This document shows, in pieces, positions 9,604 through 19,830 of a stretch of 64,000 bases of DNA (its first letter is position 1; every line of letters begins with the position of its first letter). Origin of the DNA: Clostridia bacterium (GTDB lineage Bacteria; Bacillota; Clostridia; Saccharofermentanales; Saccharofermentanaceae); NCBI GenBank assembly GCA_024403755.1, contig JAKSRF010000001.1, forward strand, positions 11,236 to 75,235, read 5' to 3'. The position numbers and the translations under genes were made by a program. The notes under the pieces were generated by a model. It was not told where the DNA came from. It did no database searches and saw only the letters and a program-made list of their open reading frames with translations.

Positions 9604-10911
9604 ATGAGAAAAAAGATGCAGATGCTTAAAAGAATAACGACGCTGTTACTTCTTGTGACATTAATGTTGTCTTCTTTTGCTTCATGCGGTTTTTTCGGCA
9701 GGAAAGCTGATAACCAAAATGAGTATATTTCAAAACCTGAGTTGGTAAGACTTGTAGTAAATTCGATTAATACGAAGTCCGATTCTGATATGTATTCGTT
9801 TTATTCTTCTATTCCTGATAAACAAAAGAAAGATGTATCCTATTCGGATTTTGCTCAGTACGTTGAGGCTTTGCGTCGTTTGACACAATTATCCGGTGCG
9901 GTAACCGGTTATCGTTTCCTTATCGGAGAAGAAAAGACAGACGCTTTTCAACAATTAATCTCAGATGCAGGTATAACGACGGATCAATTCAAAACTTACG
10001 GCAATCTTGAAGTTGTAGATTTTCTTTTCGATTCAGAGGAAGAAAATACATATAAGACCGTGTGTCGTATGTTTATCGGAATTGATGAGCATGGATATGC
10101 TTTCTTGCCGTCTGAATGGATTAAACAGACAAACAGGCTCTTTACTTATATCAAACTTTATTTTAATGAGATTGATGAGCAGAATGTCGATGCTCTGATG
10201 TCGGCTATGAGTTATTCCAACAGCAATTCAAATGTAGTCAGAGCAAGGGCTTTAGCTTTGATTGATTTTTACCGTATGAGAGTAAGAGGAGATTCATCGT
10301 CTTATATTCTCAGGGAAATCAGTCCGTTTTATTCTGAAATTGTTATTCCTGAGGTGCGTTCCGACGATAAACTCAGATCAAGAAAAGTTAAGTTTACTCA
10401 ATATAACGGAGTGATAGAAAATAATGACATTATTCCGATTGAGGTAGAGGATAAGCAGTTCAACCTTTATTCCCGTAAGACAGGTTTGAAATTACTTGCT
10501 ATCGGAAATAACTATTCTAAGGGGAACGTGGAGTCTTTGCTGGGAAAGTGTTTATTCAGCAGTTATAACAAGGATGATATTATTGAAGTTCGAACAAACA
10601 GCAACGGTGAATCTGAGGAAGTATACAAGATAATCTGCAACTACAATGGTATGATGTTAATTTTTGAAGGCATCATAACAGATGAGGCGAGTTTATCCTG
10701 GGAGGGCGTGCTTACCGGTATAAAGATGTACGGTGCTTGTGATTATGTTCTTGGAGAGAAGGTTACATACGGTGTGTCAAAAGCAACTATGCTTATCGAA
10801 TATCCTTTCTTTGAGGAATATAACTGCATATTGAAAAATTCCGATTATGAGTTGTCGTTTGAATTTGATGCTTATGATAATGCTTCTACTGTATATGCGC
10901 ACATAAAGTGA
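9604..10911 (+). CDS. Hypothetical lipoprotein
   Basis: Basic N-terminus, hydrophobic stretch and lipobox FASC; no recognised domain. Confidence 0.6.
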   Translation: MRKKMQMLKRITTLLLLVTLMLSSFASCGFFGRKADNQNEYISKPELVRLVVNSINTKSDSDMYSFYSSIPDKQKKDVSYSDFAQYVEALRRLTQLSGAVTGYRFLIGEEKTDAFQQLISDAGITTDQFKTYGNLEVVDFLFDSEEENTYKTVCRMFIGIDEHGYAFLPSEWIKQTNRLFTYIKLYFNEIDEQNVDALMSAMSYSNSNSNVVRARALALIDFYRMRVRGDSSSYILREISPFYSEIVIPEVRSDDKLRSRKVKFTQYNGVIENNDIIPIEVEDKQFNLYSRKTGLKLLAIGNNYSKGNVESLLGKCLFSSYNKDDIIEVRTNSNGESEEVYKIICNYNGMMLIFEGIITDEASLSWEGVLTGIKMYGACDYVLGEKVTYGVSKATMLIEYPFFEEYNCILKNSDYELSFEFDAYDNASTVYAHIK

Positions 10912-10912
10912 T

Positions 10913-11653
10913 TTATGCCGTGCATTTATGAATCAGTTCGTCAATTTCACTTTGCTGCATTCCGTTAGCTATGAGATAGTTGCGAATGTCTCCCGAATAT
11001 TCACTGTCGATGAAATCAAGAAAAATTTCCATGTTTATTCTGTCTGATCTCATAGTGTGCTTCATGTTATCCGGTTTATCCTTCTCAAGATCTGAGAGAT
11101 AATCATATTTATACTTATAAGATACCTCATAGTTTAAAATAATATCTTCTCTTGAGGCACCGGTAAGAAGATAGAGTATGGCTGCAATTACGCCGGTCCT
11201 GTCTTTTCCGTGAGCACAGTGAAAAAGGCAAAGTGTATTCTCGTTCTTCAGAATTCTCAAAACCTGTATTACTTTATCCGGTAATTCTTTTAAGAGCATA
11301 CAATAAAAGTCACCGAGATGATGTGTTTGGAGAAAGACCATAGTTTTATCTTCGACTGCTTCGGGATTGCCTACAAAAAGAGAGCACGGATAAAATTTTA
11401 CTTCGCTTCTGTGCTGCATCGGATTTCCGTAATTAGCTATCTCGGCTTCGGATCTTAAATCTATTACACAGCCGACACCATATTCAACTAATGAATTTAC
11501 CTGCGCTTCATTAAGGTCGGATAATGAATCAGAACGTAAAAATATATTCTTTTTGAAAATGTTACCGTTTGACAGCGGCATTCCGCCAAGTTCGCGACAA
11601 TTATCGAGTCCGTCAAAAAAAAGTCTTTGTGTATCGGGATTGTATTGAGTCAT
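10913..11653 (-). CDS. Tyrosine/dual-specificity phosphatase (Y_phosphatase3-like)
   Basis: NCRELGG, FLRSD, IDLRS, intact P-loop HCAHGKDRTG. Confidence 0.88.
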   Translation of the reverse strand: MTQYNPDTQRLFFDGLDNCRELGGMPLSNGNIFKKNIFLRSDSLSDLNEAQVNSLVEYGVGCVIDLRSEAEIANYGNPMQHRSEVKFYPCSLFVGNPEAVEDKTMVFLQTHHLGDFYCMLLKELPDKVIQVLRILKNENTLCLFHCAHGKDRTGVIAAILYLLTGASREDIILNYEVSYKYKYDYLSDLEKDKPDNMKHTMRSDRINMEIFLDFIDSEYSGDIRNYLIANGMQQSEIDELIHKCTA

Positions 11654-11796
11654 AATAATCTCTGCTCTTTCGTTTATATGTTGGTAATTATATCTTTTCG
11701 AAAATGAAAATAAAAGACGAAAAATAAAATTCGGTGTTGACTTTGTGAGAAAACTGTACTAATATAAGCAAGCATTCGTAAGAGTGCTGAATAAAT

Positions 11797-11873
11797 GCGC
11801 CTGTAGCTCAACTGGATAGAGTGTCTGACTACGGATCAGAAGGTTGTGGATTCGATCTCTGCCAGGCGCGCCA
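11797..11873 (+). tRNA. tRNA-Arg(ACG)
   Basis: GCGCCTG/CAGGCGC acceptor stem, TCTGA-CT ACG GA-TCAGA anticodon arm, encoded CCA. T arm is atypical. Confidence 0.92.
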
Positions 11874-11875
11874 AC

Positions 11876-11907
11876 AAGGTCTGATGAATAAGTCAGACCT
11901 TTTTTTT
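11876..11907 (+). terminator. Intrinsic terminator after tRNA-Arg
   Basis: AAGGTCTGA/TCAGACCTT stem plus T run. Confidence 0.8.
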
Positions 11908-12033
11908 GAAAAAAACGAGGCTTAAACAGATATTGTGTTGCAAAAGTGATGGGTTTTGTGATACAATTCTGTTTCGGTTAATCGCATATATTATTGATGC
12001 TATATATAATTACATTTTATGGAGGAATACAAA

Positions 12034-13503
12034 ATGTCCACTATTGAGAAGAAAGAGAATAATCAGGTTGTCATCTCTTTGTCTGCTACTAAGGAAGAGT
12101 TCAATGAAGCTTTGAAGGCTTCTTATTCAAAGAATAAGAAGAGATTCCAGGTTCCTGGATTCAGAAAGGGAAACGTTCCTTATCAGTTGGTAGTTAAGTA
12201 CTACGGCGAGGGTGTTTTGTATGACGATGCCATTGAGATAATTGCAAATAAGGCTTACCCTGAAGCAGTTAAGGAGCACAATCTTGAGGTAGTATCAAGA
12301 CCAAGTCTTGACATTCAGGCCCTTGATGATGACGGAATGAAGTATACTGTTACAGTTACTGTTTGTCCTGAGGTTAAACTCGGTAAGTATGAAGGCGTTG
12401 AGGTTCCTTACTCTAAGCGTGAGGTAACAGATGAGACTGTTCAGGAAGAGCTTGACAGAATGGCTAAGAGAAATGCTTCTATTGAAGAGGTTGATCGTCC
12501 TGTTGCTGACGGAGACACTGCAGTTATCGATTATGAAGGATTTAAGGACGGTGTTGCTTTTGAAGGCGGTAAGGGTGAGGCTTATTCACTTGTTATCGGT
12601 TCAAAGAGCTTTATTCCCGGCTTTGAAGAGCAGCTTATCGGTCACAGCGCAGGTGAGGAGTTCCCTATCAATGTAACATTCCCGGAAGAGTATCATGCTG
12701 AAGAGCTTAAGGGTGCTGAGGTAGTTTTCAATATTAAGATTCATACAGTTAAGGCAGAGAATATTCCTGCTATTGATGATGAGTTTGCTAAGGACGTATC
12801 TGAGTTTGATACAGTAGATGAGCTTAGGGCTGATATTAAGAGAAGTCAGGAAGAGAAAGCTGAGAAGGAAGCTAACAGTGCTTTTGAGAACGAGGTTGTT
12901 CGTGTAGTTGGTGAGAATGCTGAGATTGATATTCCTGATTGTATGATTGATACTGAAGTAGAGAATATGGTTCAGGATCAGTCAAACAGAATGAGACAGC
13001 AGGGTATTGAGCTTGAGATGTATCTTAAGTATCTCGGTCAGACTAAGGAAGAGTTTGCTGAGTCAATGAAGCCTATGGCATCTTTAAGAGTTAGATCAAA
13101 TCTTGTTATTAAAGCTATCGCAGCTGAACTCAAGATGGAAGCTACGGAAGAGGATTATGATAAGGAGCTTCAGACAATGGCTGATGCTTATAAGATGACT
13201 AAGGACGATATCAGAAACGCTTTGGGCGATAACAATGAGTTCGTTAAGGAGTCAATTGTAGGCAGAAAGACTGTTGAGTATCTTGCTTCAAAGGCTGTTA
13301 AGACTGAGCCAAAGGCTGAAGAAGCTGAAGGTGAAGCAAAGAAGCCTGCAAAGAAGACAACTGCTAAGAAGGCTTCAACAAAGAAAACTGCTGAGGCTAA
13401 GGAAGACAGTGCTTCTGAGGAGAAGACTGAAACAAAGAAGACAACTAAGAAATCAACTGCAAAGAAGAGCATAAAGGCTGAAGAAGCTTCTGACAAAGAG
13501 TAA
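12034..13503 (+). CDS. tig: Trigger factor with Lys/Ala/Glu-rich C-terminal tail
   Basis: GFRKG ribosome-binding loop, FKBP domain FIPGFEEQL; GGAGG RBS supports ATG 12034. Confidence 0.96.
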   Translation: MSTIEKKENNQVVISLSATKEEFNEALKASYSKNKKRFQVPGFRKGNVPYQLVVKYYGEGVLYDDAIEIIANKAYPEAVKEHNLEVVSRPSLDIQALDDDGMKYTVTVTVCPEVKLGKYEGVEVPYSKREVTDETVQEELDRMAKRNASIEEVDRPVADGDTAVIDYEGFKDGVAFEGGKGEAYSLVIGSKSFIPGFEEQLIGHSAGEEFPINVTFPEEYHAEELKGAEVVFNIKIHTVKAENIPAIDDEFAKDVSEFDTVDELRADIKRSQEEKAEKEANSAFENEVVRVVGENAEIDIPDCMIDTEVENMVQDQSNRMRQQGIELEMYLKYLGQTKEEFAESMKPMASLRVRSNLVIKAIAAELKMEATEEDYDKELQTMADAYKMTKDDIRNALGDNNEFVKESIVGRKTVEYLASKAVKTEPKAEEAEGEAKKPAKKTTAKKASTKKTAEAKEDSASEEKTETKKTTKKSTAKKSIKAEEASDKE

Positions 13504-13525
13504 AGTATTGAATTTATGTTAAAAT

Positions 13526-13568
13526 AATCACCCAGTTATGTTAAATTTTAACTGGGTGGTTTATTTTT
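13526..13568 (+). terminator. Intrinsic terminator after tig
   Basis: AATCACCCAGTT/AACTGGGTGGTT stem, T-rich tail. Confidence 0.75.
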
Positions 13569-13624
13569 GGATAAAAAATTTATATAATCAAAGTAAGTAA
13601 TTAGGTATTAAAGTATATAGGAGA

Positions 13625-14947
13625 ATGTTTATGGCAAATATTAGAAACAATTCGGTGCTGTCATGTTCTTTCTGCGGTAAGAGTGAGTATGATGTCCCTC
13701 GTTTGTTCGGTGGAGTTAATTGCTATATCTGTATTGAATGTATACGTACTGCATATAATATTGTCAATGAAGAGAGCAGACTTCACAAAGCTGAGAATAT
13801 TCGGAATAACAAACGTAACAAATATGTTACACCACAGAAGATAAAAGAAGCGTTGGATGAGTATGTAATCGGTCAGGATGAGGCAAAAAGAATTTTGTCT
13901 GTTGCCGTGTATAACCATTATAAGAGAATTTACTCGAATGATTCTGATGATTTGGAGTTGAGTAAGAGTAATATCCTTTTGATGGGACCTACCGGTTCAG
14001 GTAAAACGCTTCTTGCTCGTACACTTGCCAAGATTATGGATGTACCTTTTGCTATCGCTGATGCTACGTCATTGACGGAAGCAGGTTATGTTGGTGAAGA
14101 TGTAGAGAATATCCTTCTCAAACTGATTATAGCAGCTGATTATGACATCGAAGCAGCAGAACGAGGAATTATCTTTATAGATGAGGTTGATAAGATAACC
14201 AAGAAGTCGGAAAGTGTTTCAATAACGCGAGATGTAAGCGGTGAAGGTGTTCAGCAAGCTTTGCTCAAGATAATTGAAGGTACTGTTGCATCTGTTCCTC
14301 CTAAGGGCGGACGTAAACATCCGAATGAGGAGTGTATCAGCATTGATACAACAAATATCCTGTTTATTTGCGGTGGTGCTTTTGTCGGTCTTGATGAGAT
14401 AGTACGTTCGAGGGTTGCACCGAATAAAAAATTCGGATTCGGAGCTGAGGTGGTTGATGCCGAAGCCGAGAAGCAGTATATGCATAAGGTCGCTCCTCAG
14501 GATTTGACAAAGTATGGAATTATTCCTGAGTTTGTAGGTCGTATTCCGGTTTTGACTTCATTGGATCCGCTTGATGTGGATGCATTAAAGTCGATTCTTA
14601 CCAAACCTAAGAATGCACTGGTTAAGCAATATTGCAAGATGCTTGAGATGGACGGTGTTGAGTTAGAGTTTACTGAAGATGCTTTAACAGCAATTGCACA
14701 GAAGGCAATAGATAACAAGACCGGTGCAAGAGGATTACAATCAATTATTGAGAACATTATGCTTGATACGATGTTCGATATTCCTTCACATAAGGATGTG
14801 AATAAGTGCATTGTTGATGTGGATTGTGTTACACAGGGTAAGCAGCCTACACTTTTGTATAAAGCAAAAACGGTTAAGAAAACAGAACCTACTCCTACGG
14901 TTAAGTTAGCAATGGAGAAGAATTCTGACGGTATTACCGCAAGTTGA
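13625..14947 (+). CDS. clpX: ATP-dependent Clp protease ATP-binding subunit ClpX
   Basis: Zn finger CSFC...[41 protein letters not shown]. Confidence 0.97.
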   Translation: MFMANIRNNSVLSCSFCGKSEYDVPRLFGGVNCYICIECIRTAYNIVNEESRLHKAENIRNNKRNKYVTPQKIKEALDEYVIGQDEAKRILSVAVYNHYKRIYSNDSDDLELSKSNILLMGPTGSGKTLLARTLAKIMDVPFAIADATSLTEAGYVGEDVENILLKLIIAADYDIEAAERGIIFIDEVDKITKKSESVSITRDVSGEGVQQALLKIIEGTVASVPPKGGRKHPNEECISIDTTNILFICGGAFVGLDEIVRSRVAPNKKFGFGAEVVDAEAEKQYMHKVAPQDLTKYGIIPEFVGRIPVLTSLDPLDVDALKSILTKPKNALVKQYCKMLEMDGVELEFTEDALTAIAQKAIDNKTGARGLQSIIENIMLDTMFDIPSHKDVNKCIVDVDCVTQGKQPTLLYKAKTVKKTEPTPTVKLAMEKNSDGITAS

Positions 14948-14966
14948 TTAAATGTGTTATCCTATA

Positions 14967-14996
14967 AGGGCTGTCAAAACAGACAGCCCTGTTTTT
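14967..14996 (+). terminator. Intrinsic terminator after clpX
   Basis: AGGGCTGTC/GACAGCCCT stem then GTTTTT. Confidence 0.75.
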
Positions 14997-15059
14997 ATAT
15001 CTCTGTATCAGATGTTTTAGGTTATTTATAGTTTATTTGTATTCAAGAGGAGTCATGTT

Positions 15060-16019
15060 ATGTCAGATTCATATTATGTTTGTTTGGATATTGGCGGAAC
15101 AAAGGTATTGGGAGCTATTTTTAACGGTAAGAAAGAGATAGTTTACAGATTAAAGAAGAAAACCAAATCTGCAGGTGATTCATCACAGAATATTGAAGAT
15201 TTGATTATAAGTGTAGTGGAAGAAATGCTTACTGATTCTAAAATTGATGCAGGAAAACTTGTTGCTGTTGCAGCAGGGGCTCCGGGTGTTATCAATCAGG
15301 ATAACGGAATTGTTCTTTTCTCACCTAATCTTCCATGGCGTAATTACAATATTCGTAAACCGATTGAAGACAGATTCGGTGTTCCGTTTTATATCGGAAA
15401 TGATGTTAATGTCGGTGTTCTCGGTGAGTATAAATACGGCGCAGGTAAGGGTTATAAAAATATTGCAGGTCTTTTTGTCGGAACAGGAATGGGCGGCGGT
15501 CTTATACTTGACGGACGTCTTTATACAGGTCATCAGTTTAAGGGTGCAGAGCTTGGACATATGATTTTAAATGAAGAAGGTCCGCGTTGCAATTGCGGTC
15601 AGCGAGGTTGTCTTGAGGCATTTTCCAGTAAGCAGGGTATAAGTGATTATATAAGACAGCAGGTAATGCGCGGCAGAAATACAATGATGGAAGATGCCGT
15701 GAAGAATGGTGTTTTCAAATCAAAATATCTAAAATCTGCTTTGGATGCCGGCGATAAAGTTGCCGTTGAAGCAGTTGATCGAGCTTGTCACTACTTGGCA
15801 ATAGCAAGCGGAAATATAATTAATATTTTCAGTCCTGAAGTAATCATTTACGGAGGAGGCGTTATAGAAGCCTGCGGTGATATATTCCTTCCTAAGATTA
15901 CAGCACAGGTTGATAAGTATTGTATGCCGTCAATTCGCGATACAGTTGAAATCAAGAATGCAGCTTTGGGTGACGATTCTATTTTGTACGGTGCATTATC
16001 AATGATATTGGATAAATGA
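15060..16019 (+). CDS. ROK family sugar kinase (glucokinase-like)
   Basis: DIGGTK, GNDVN, GTGMGGG, ELGH, CNCGQRGCLE. Confidence 0.9.
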   Translation: MSDSYYVCLDIGGTKVLGAIFNGKKEIVYRLKKKTKSAGDSSQNIEDLIISVVEEMLTDSKIDAGKLVAVAAGAPGVINQDNGIVLFSPNLPWRNYNIRKPIEDRFGVPFYIGNDVNVGVLGEYKYGAGKGYKNIAGLFVGTGMGGGLILDGRLYTGHQFKGAELGHMILNEEGPRCNCGQRGCLEAFSSKQGISDYIRQQVMRGRNTMMEDAVKNGVFKSKYLKSALDAGDKVAVEAVDRACHYLAIASGNIINIFSPEVIIYGGGVIEACGDIFLPKITAQVDKYCMPSIRDTVEIKNAALGDDSILYGALSMILDK

Positions 16020-16237
16020 TATTGAGAAAATGATATCGGATAGATGTAAGTTTCGATGCGAGAAGACAGATTTTTTTGCATAAGCTGAGAAAATCAGCAT
16101 TCTGCTTATATAGAAAAAATATTTCTGTTTTTTTGAATAAATACATAAATATGACTATATTATCCATTTGCAATTTCAACGTAAATGGGTGATAATATGT
16201 TGTTATATTTTGAATTAATTAAGAAAGGAAGTTCTGT

Positions 16238-18895
16238 ATGAATATTGAGCACATCAATAAAGCATTTGAACCAAATGAGGCAGAGCCGCGTTTGTATAAC
16301 GGCTGGTCAGAGAAGGGATATTTTAAACCTGATAATACTGAGGGTAAGGAACCTTTCTGTGTGGTCATGCCGCCACCGAATATTACCGGACAGCTCCATA
16401 TGGGTCATGCACTTGATAATACTTTGCAGGACATTCTTGTTAGATATAAAAGAATGAAGGGGTTCTCTACCTTATGGGTTCCGGGAACAGATCATGCTTC
16501 AATTGCCACTGAGGCAAAGATTGTTGAGCAAATGCGTAAGGAAGGTATCTTTAAGGAAGATATCGGTCGTGAGAAATTTCTGGAGCGTGCGTGGGCATGG
16601 AAAGAACAGTACGGCGGACGTATTGTTGAACAACTTAAGAAAATGGGTTCTTCATGTGATTGGTCACATGAGAGATTTACTATGGATGAAGGTTGTTCGG
16701 AAGCAGTAAAGGAAGTTTTCGTAAAATATTATAATCAGGGTTTGATTTACAGAGGCGAGAGAATCATTAACTGGTGTCCTCATTGTCTTACATCTATATC
16801 TAATGCAGAGGTTGAGTACGAGGATCAGGCAGGTGCATTCTGGCATTTGAGATATCCGCTTGAGGATGGTTCAGGTTATGTTGAGCTCGCTACAACCCGT
16901 CCTGAGACACTTCTCGGTGATACTGCTGTTGCGGTTAATCCTAAGGATGAAAGATATAAGGATATAGTAGGAAAGAATCTTATTCTTCCGTTGGTAGGAC
17001 GTAAGATTCCTGTAGTTGCAGATAACTATGTTGATATAGAATTCGGTACAGGTGTAGTTAAGATTACTCCTGCACATGATCCTAATGACTTCGAAGTAGG
17101 ACTTCGTCATAATCTTGAGGTAATTAATGTAATGACCGATGATGCTAAGATTATTGATGATTATCCAAAGTATGCCGGAATGGACAGATTTGAAGCTCGT
17201 AAGGCAATTGTTAAAGATCTTGAAGATGGCGGATTCCTTATTAAGGTTGAGCCATATAATCATAACGTTGGTACCTGCTACCGTTGCGGAACGACTATTG
17301 AGCCGCGTGTATCACTTCAGTGGTTTGTAAAGATGCAGACACTTGCCGAGCCTGCAATTAAGGCTGTAAAAGACGGAAGCATTAAGTTTGTACCTGAGCG
17401 TTTTGACAAGAATTATTTTAATTGGATGGAGGATATCAGAGATTGGTGTATTTCCCGTCAGCTTTGGTGGGGTCATCAGATTCCTGCATTCTATTGTGAT
17501 GATTGTGGTGAGATAGTTGTAACAAAGGAGAATACTGCTGTTTGTCCTAAGTGCGGTAAGCCGATGCGTCAGGATCCTGATACACTTGATACTTGGTTCT
17601 CATCAGCTCTTTGGCCGTTCTCAACTTTGGGTTGGCCTGAAAAGACTGATGATTTGAAGAAGTTCTATCCTACAAATACACTTGTTACCGGTTATGATAT
17701 TATTACATTCTGGGTTTCAAGAATGATTGTTGCCGGTATGGCACATATGGAGGATGTACCGTTTGACACGGTATTGATTCACGGTCTTGTAAGAGATGAA
17801 CAGGGAAGAAAGATGAGTAAGTCTCTCGGTAACGGTATTGATCCTCTCGAGATTATTGCCGAGTCAGGTGCTGATGCTTTGAGATATGCACTTGTTACAG
17901 GTAATGCACCGGGTAATGATCAGAGATTTATTCCGGGTAAGATAGAGAATGGTCGTAACCTTTCTAACAAGATTTGGAATGCCATGAGATTTGTTCTTAT
18001 GAATTCTGATGAGAAGGCCGATTATTCGAAGGTTAATGCTGATAAGTTTACCTTGGAGGATAAATGGATTATTACAGAGTTTAATAAGCTTGTTGAAGAA
18101 GTAACCTATAACGTAGATAAGTATGAGCTTGGTGTTGCTCTCTCCAAGATTGTTGACTTCATTTGGGAGAATTATTGTGCTTGGTACATTGAGATTGCCA
18201 AGAGCCGTCTCTTTGATGAGAATTGTGAGACAAGACTTGAGGCTCAGTATTTACTTAATACAATCCTTGCAGATTCAATGAAGTTGTTACATCCGTTTAT
18301 GCCTTTCGTAACTGAGGAAGTATACCTTAATCTCATTTTAGAGAATAAGGCTGATTCAATTATGATTTCCGATTGGCCGACAGTATCCAAGTTTGGCTCA
18401 TTCCCGGAGGATGCTCGTAAGATGTCTGTTCTCATGGATGCGATTCGTTCAATTCGTAACATCCGTTCAGAGATGGGTGTTGTTCCTTCTCGAAAGGCTC
18501 ACATCATAGTGGTTACATCTGATGATTCTATCGCTAAAATGTTTGTTGACGGCGAGGCTTTCTTACAGAGACTTGCATCGGTAAGCAGTCTTGAGACATC
18601 ATCTGATAAGTCAGGTGTTCCGTCATCAGCTGTTACTGCAATATTTGACGGTGGTGAGATTTATATGCCACTCGGAGAACTCATTGATATTGCTAAGGAA
18701 ATTGAGCGTCTTGAGGGTGAGAAGAAGAACCTTGAAGGCGAGCTTAAGAGAGTAGAAGGCAAACTTTCAAACGAGTCCTTTGTAAGTAAGGCTCCTGAGA
18801 AGGTTATAGCTCAGGAACGTGAGAAGCAAACCAAGTACATGGAGATGTATAAGGGTGTTTTGGCCAGAATTGAAGCATTGAAAAATGAATTATGA
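16238..18895 (+). CDS. valS: Valine--tRNA ligase
   Basis: PPPNITGQLHMGH, DWCISRQLWWGH, KMSKS, C-terminal coiled coil. Confidence 0.98.
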   Translation: MNIEHINKAFEPNEAEPRLYNGWSEKGYFKPDNTEGKEPFCVVMPPPNITGQLHMGHALDNTLQDILVRYKRMKGFSTLWVPGTDHASIATEAKIVEQMRKEGIFKEDIGREKFLERAWAWKEQYGGRIVEQLKKMGSSCDWSHERFTMDEGCSEAVKEVFVKYYNQGLIYRGERIINWCPHCLTSISNAEVEYEDQAGAFWHLRYPLEDGSGYVELATTRPETLLGDTAVAVNPKDERYKDIVGKNLILPLVGRKIPVVADNYVDIEFGTGVVKITPAHDPNDFEVGLRHNLEVINVMTDDAKIIDDYPKYAGMDRFEARKAIVKDLEDGGFLIKVEPYNHNVGTCYRCGTTIEPRVSLQWFVKMQTLAEPAIKAVKDGSIKFVPERFDKNYFNWMEDIRDWCISRQLWWGHQIPAFYCDDCGEIVVTKENTAVCPKCGKPMRQDPDTLDTWFSSALWPFSTLGWPEKTDDLKKFYPTNTLVTGYDIITFWVSRMIVAGMAHMEDVPFDTVLIHGLVRDEQGRKMSKSLGNGIDPLEIIAESGADALRYALVTGNAPGNDQRFIPGKIENGRNLSNKIWNAMRFVLMNSDEKADYSKVNADKFTLEDKWIITEFNKLVEEVTYNVDKYELGVALSKIVDFIWENYCAWYIEIAKSRLFDENCETRLEAQYLLNTILADSMKLLHPFMPFVTEEVYLNLILENKADSIMISDWPTVSKFGSFPEDARKMSVLMDAIRSIRNIRSEMGVVPSRKAHIIVVTSDDSIAKMFVDGEAFLQRLASVSSLETSSDKSGVPSSAVTAIFDGGEIYMPLGELIDIAKEIERLEGEKKNLEGELKRVEGKLSNESFVSKAPEKVIAQEREKQTKYMEMYKGVLARIEALKNEL

Positions 18896-18934
18896 TATAA
18901 TATCAATAAAAGTTGTCATGTATTAGGAGGTTTT

Positions 18935-19630
18935 ATGTCTACAGGTTTTGAAAATCAGGAAAGAATTGCTAAGTTGCCGCAAGAAGGAGTTCATTGTTTT
19001 GCAGCTAACACGAAGCAGGTAAAGAACAGAAGAATTGTTACAGTTCCGTTGATGATTATTTTCCTTGCTTTGGGTATATATATGCTTGTTAGTAAGAGTT
19101 ATGCAATCGGCGCATGTTCACTTGTTGCTTTTGTAATCTTTTTGCTGGTATTTATTCAGTCATTCCTTATTGCTAATTATCGTGTTGCTGTTGACTACAA
19201 CGAGAAGAGAATTGTACTTCGTTACAGATTCTCATTGATTACTATTCCTTTCGAGAATTTTGATGCTCATATCGGTGCTCCTGACAGAGCAGAGGAGATG
19301 TTAGCTTCAATGAATCACGTTGCTGTTAAGTACTTGGTTCTTGATAACGTTTTCGAGGATGCTTGCTATCAGACTTCAACAAAGGATCTTGCTTCAAGCA
19401 GTGACTTTGATCAGCTTATGAAAGAGGCTTTTGATATTGCTGAAGCATACGGTGCTAAGTATTGTGACGGTGTAATTAAGCCTGATGCTTCGTTGGGTTA
19501 TGATGCAAAGAGTGCAGAAGCAAAGGATGATGATTTGGATGTAGATTCAATCGTTGCTGACGCACTTAATCTTGACGAGAGCCAGGTTAAGGAACTTGCA
19601 GGTGACAATATACCGGAAGCTGAGCAGTGA
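18935..19630 (+). CDS. Hypothetical membrane protein (2 TM, acidic C-terminus)
   Basis: GGAGG RBS; two hydrophobic helices near the N-terminus; terminator-like hairpin downstream. Confidence 0.6.
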   Translation: MSTGFENQERIAKLPQEGVHCFAANTKQVKNRRIVTVPLMIIFLALGIYMLVSKSYAIGACSLVAFVIFLLVFIQSFLIANYRVAVDYNEKRIVLRYRFSLITIPFENFDAHIGAPDRAEEMLASMNHVAVKYLVLDNVFEDACYQTSTKDLASSSDFDQLMKEAFDIAEAYGAKYCDGVIKPDASLGYDAKSAEAKDDDLDVDSIVADALNLDESQVKELAGDNIPEAEQ

Positions 19631-19830
19631 TTACGCATTAGATTAATGATATGAAAATCATAACGACTTTGATTTACAAAAATCAGAGTCGTTTTCTTTT
19701 ATTTCAAGTTATATGCAGTTATTTTTTTTGTTTCTTCTACACATTTATACGGTAAAAAGTAGTATAATTATTACCGATTGTGATGCATTTTGCTATGCAA
19801 TTTAAAAAAATTCTAAGGAGCGTTTTTATT

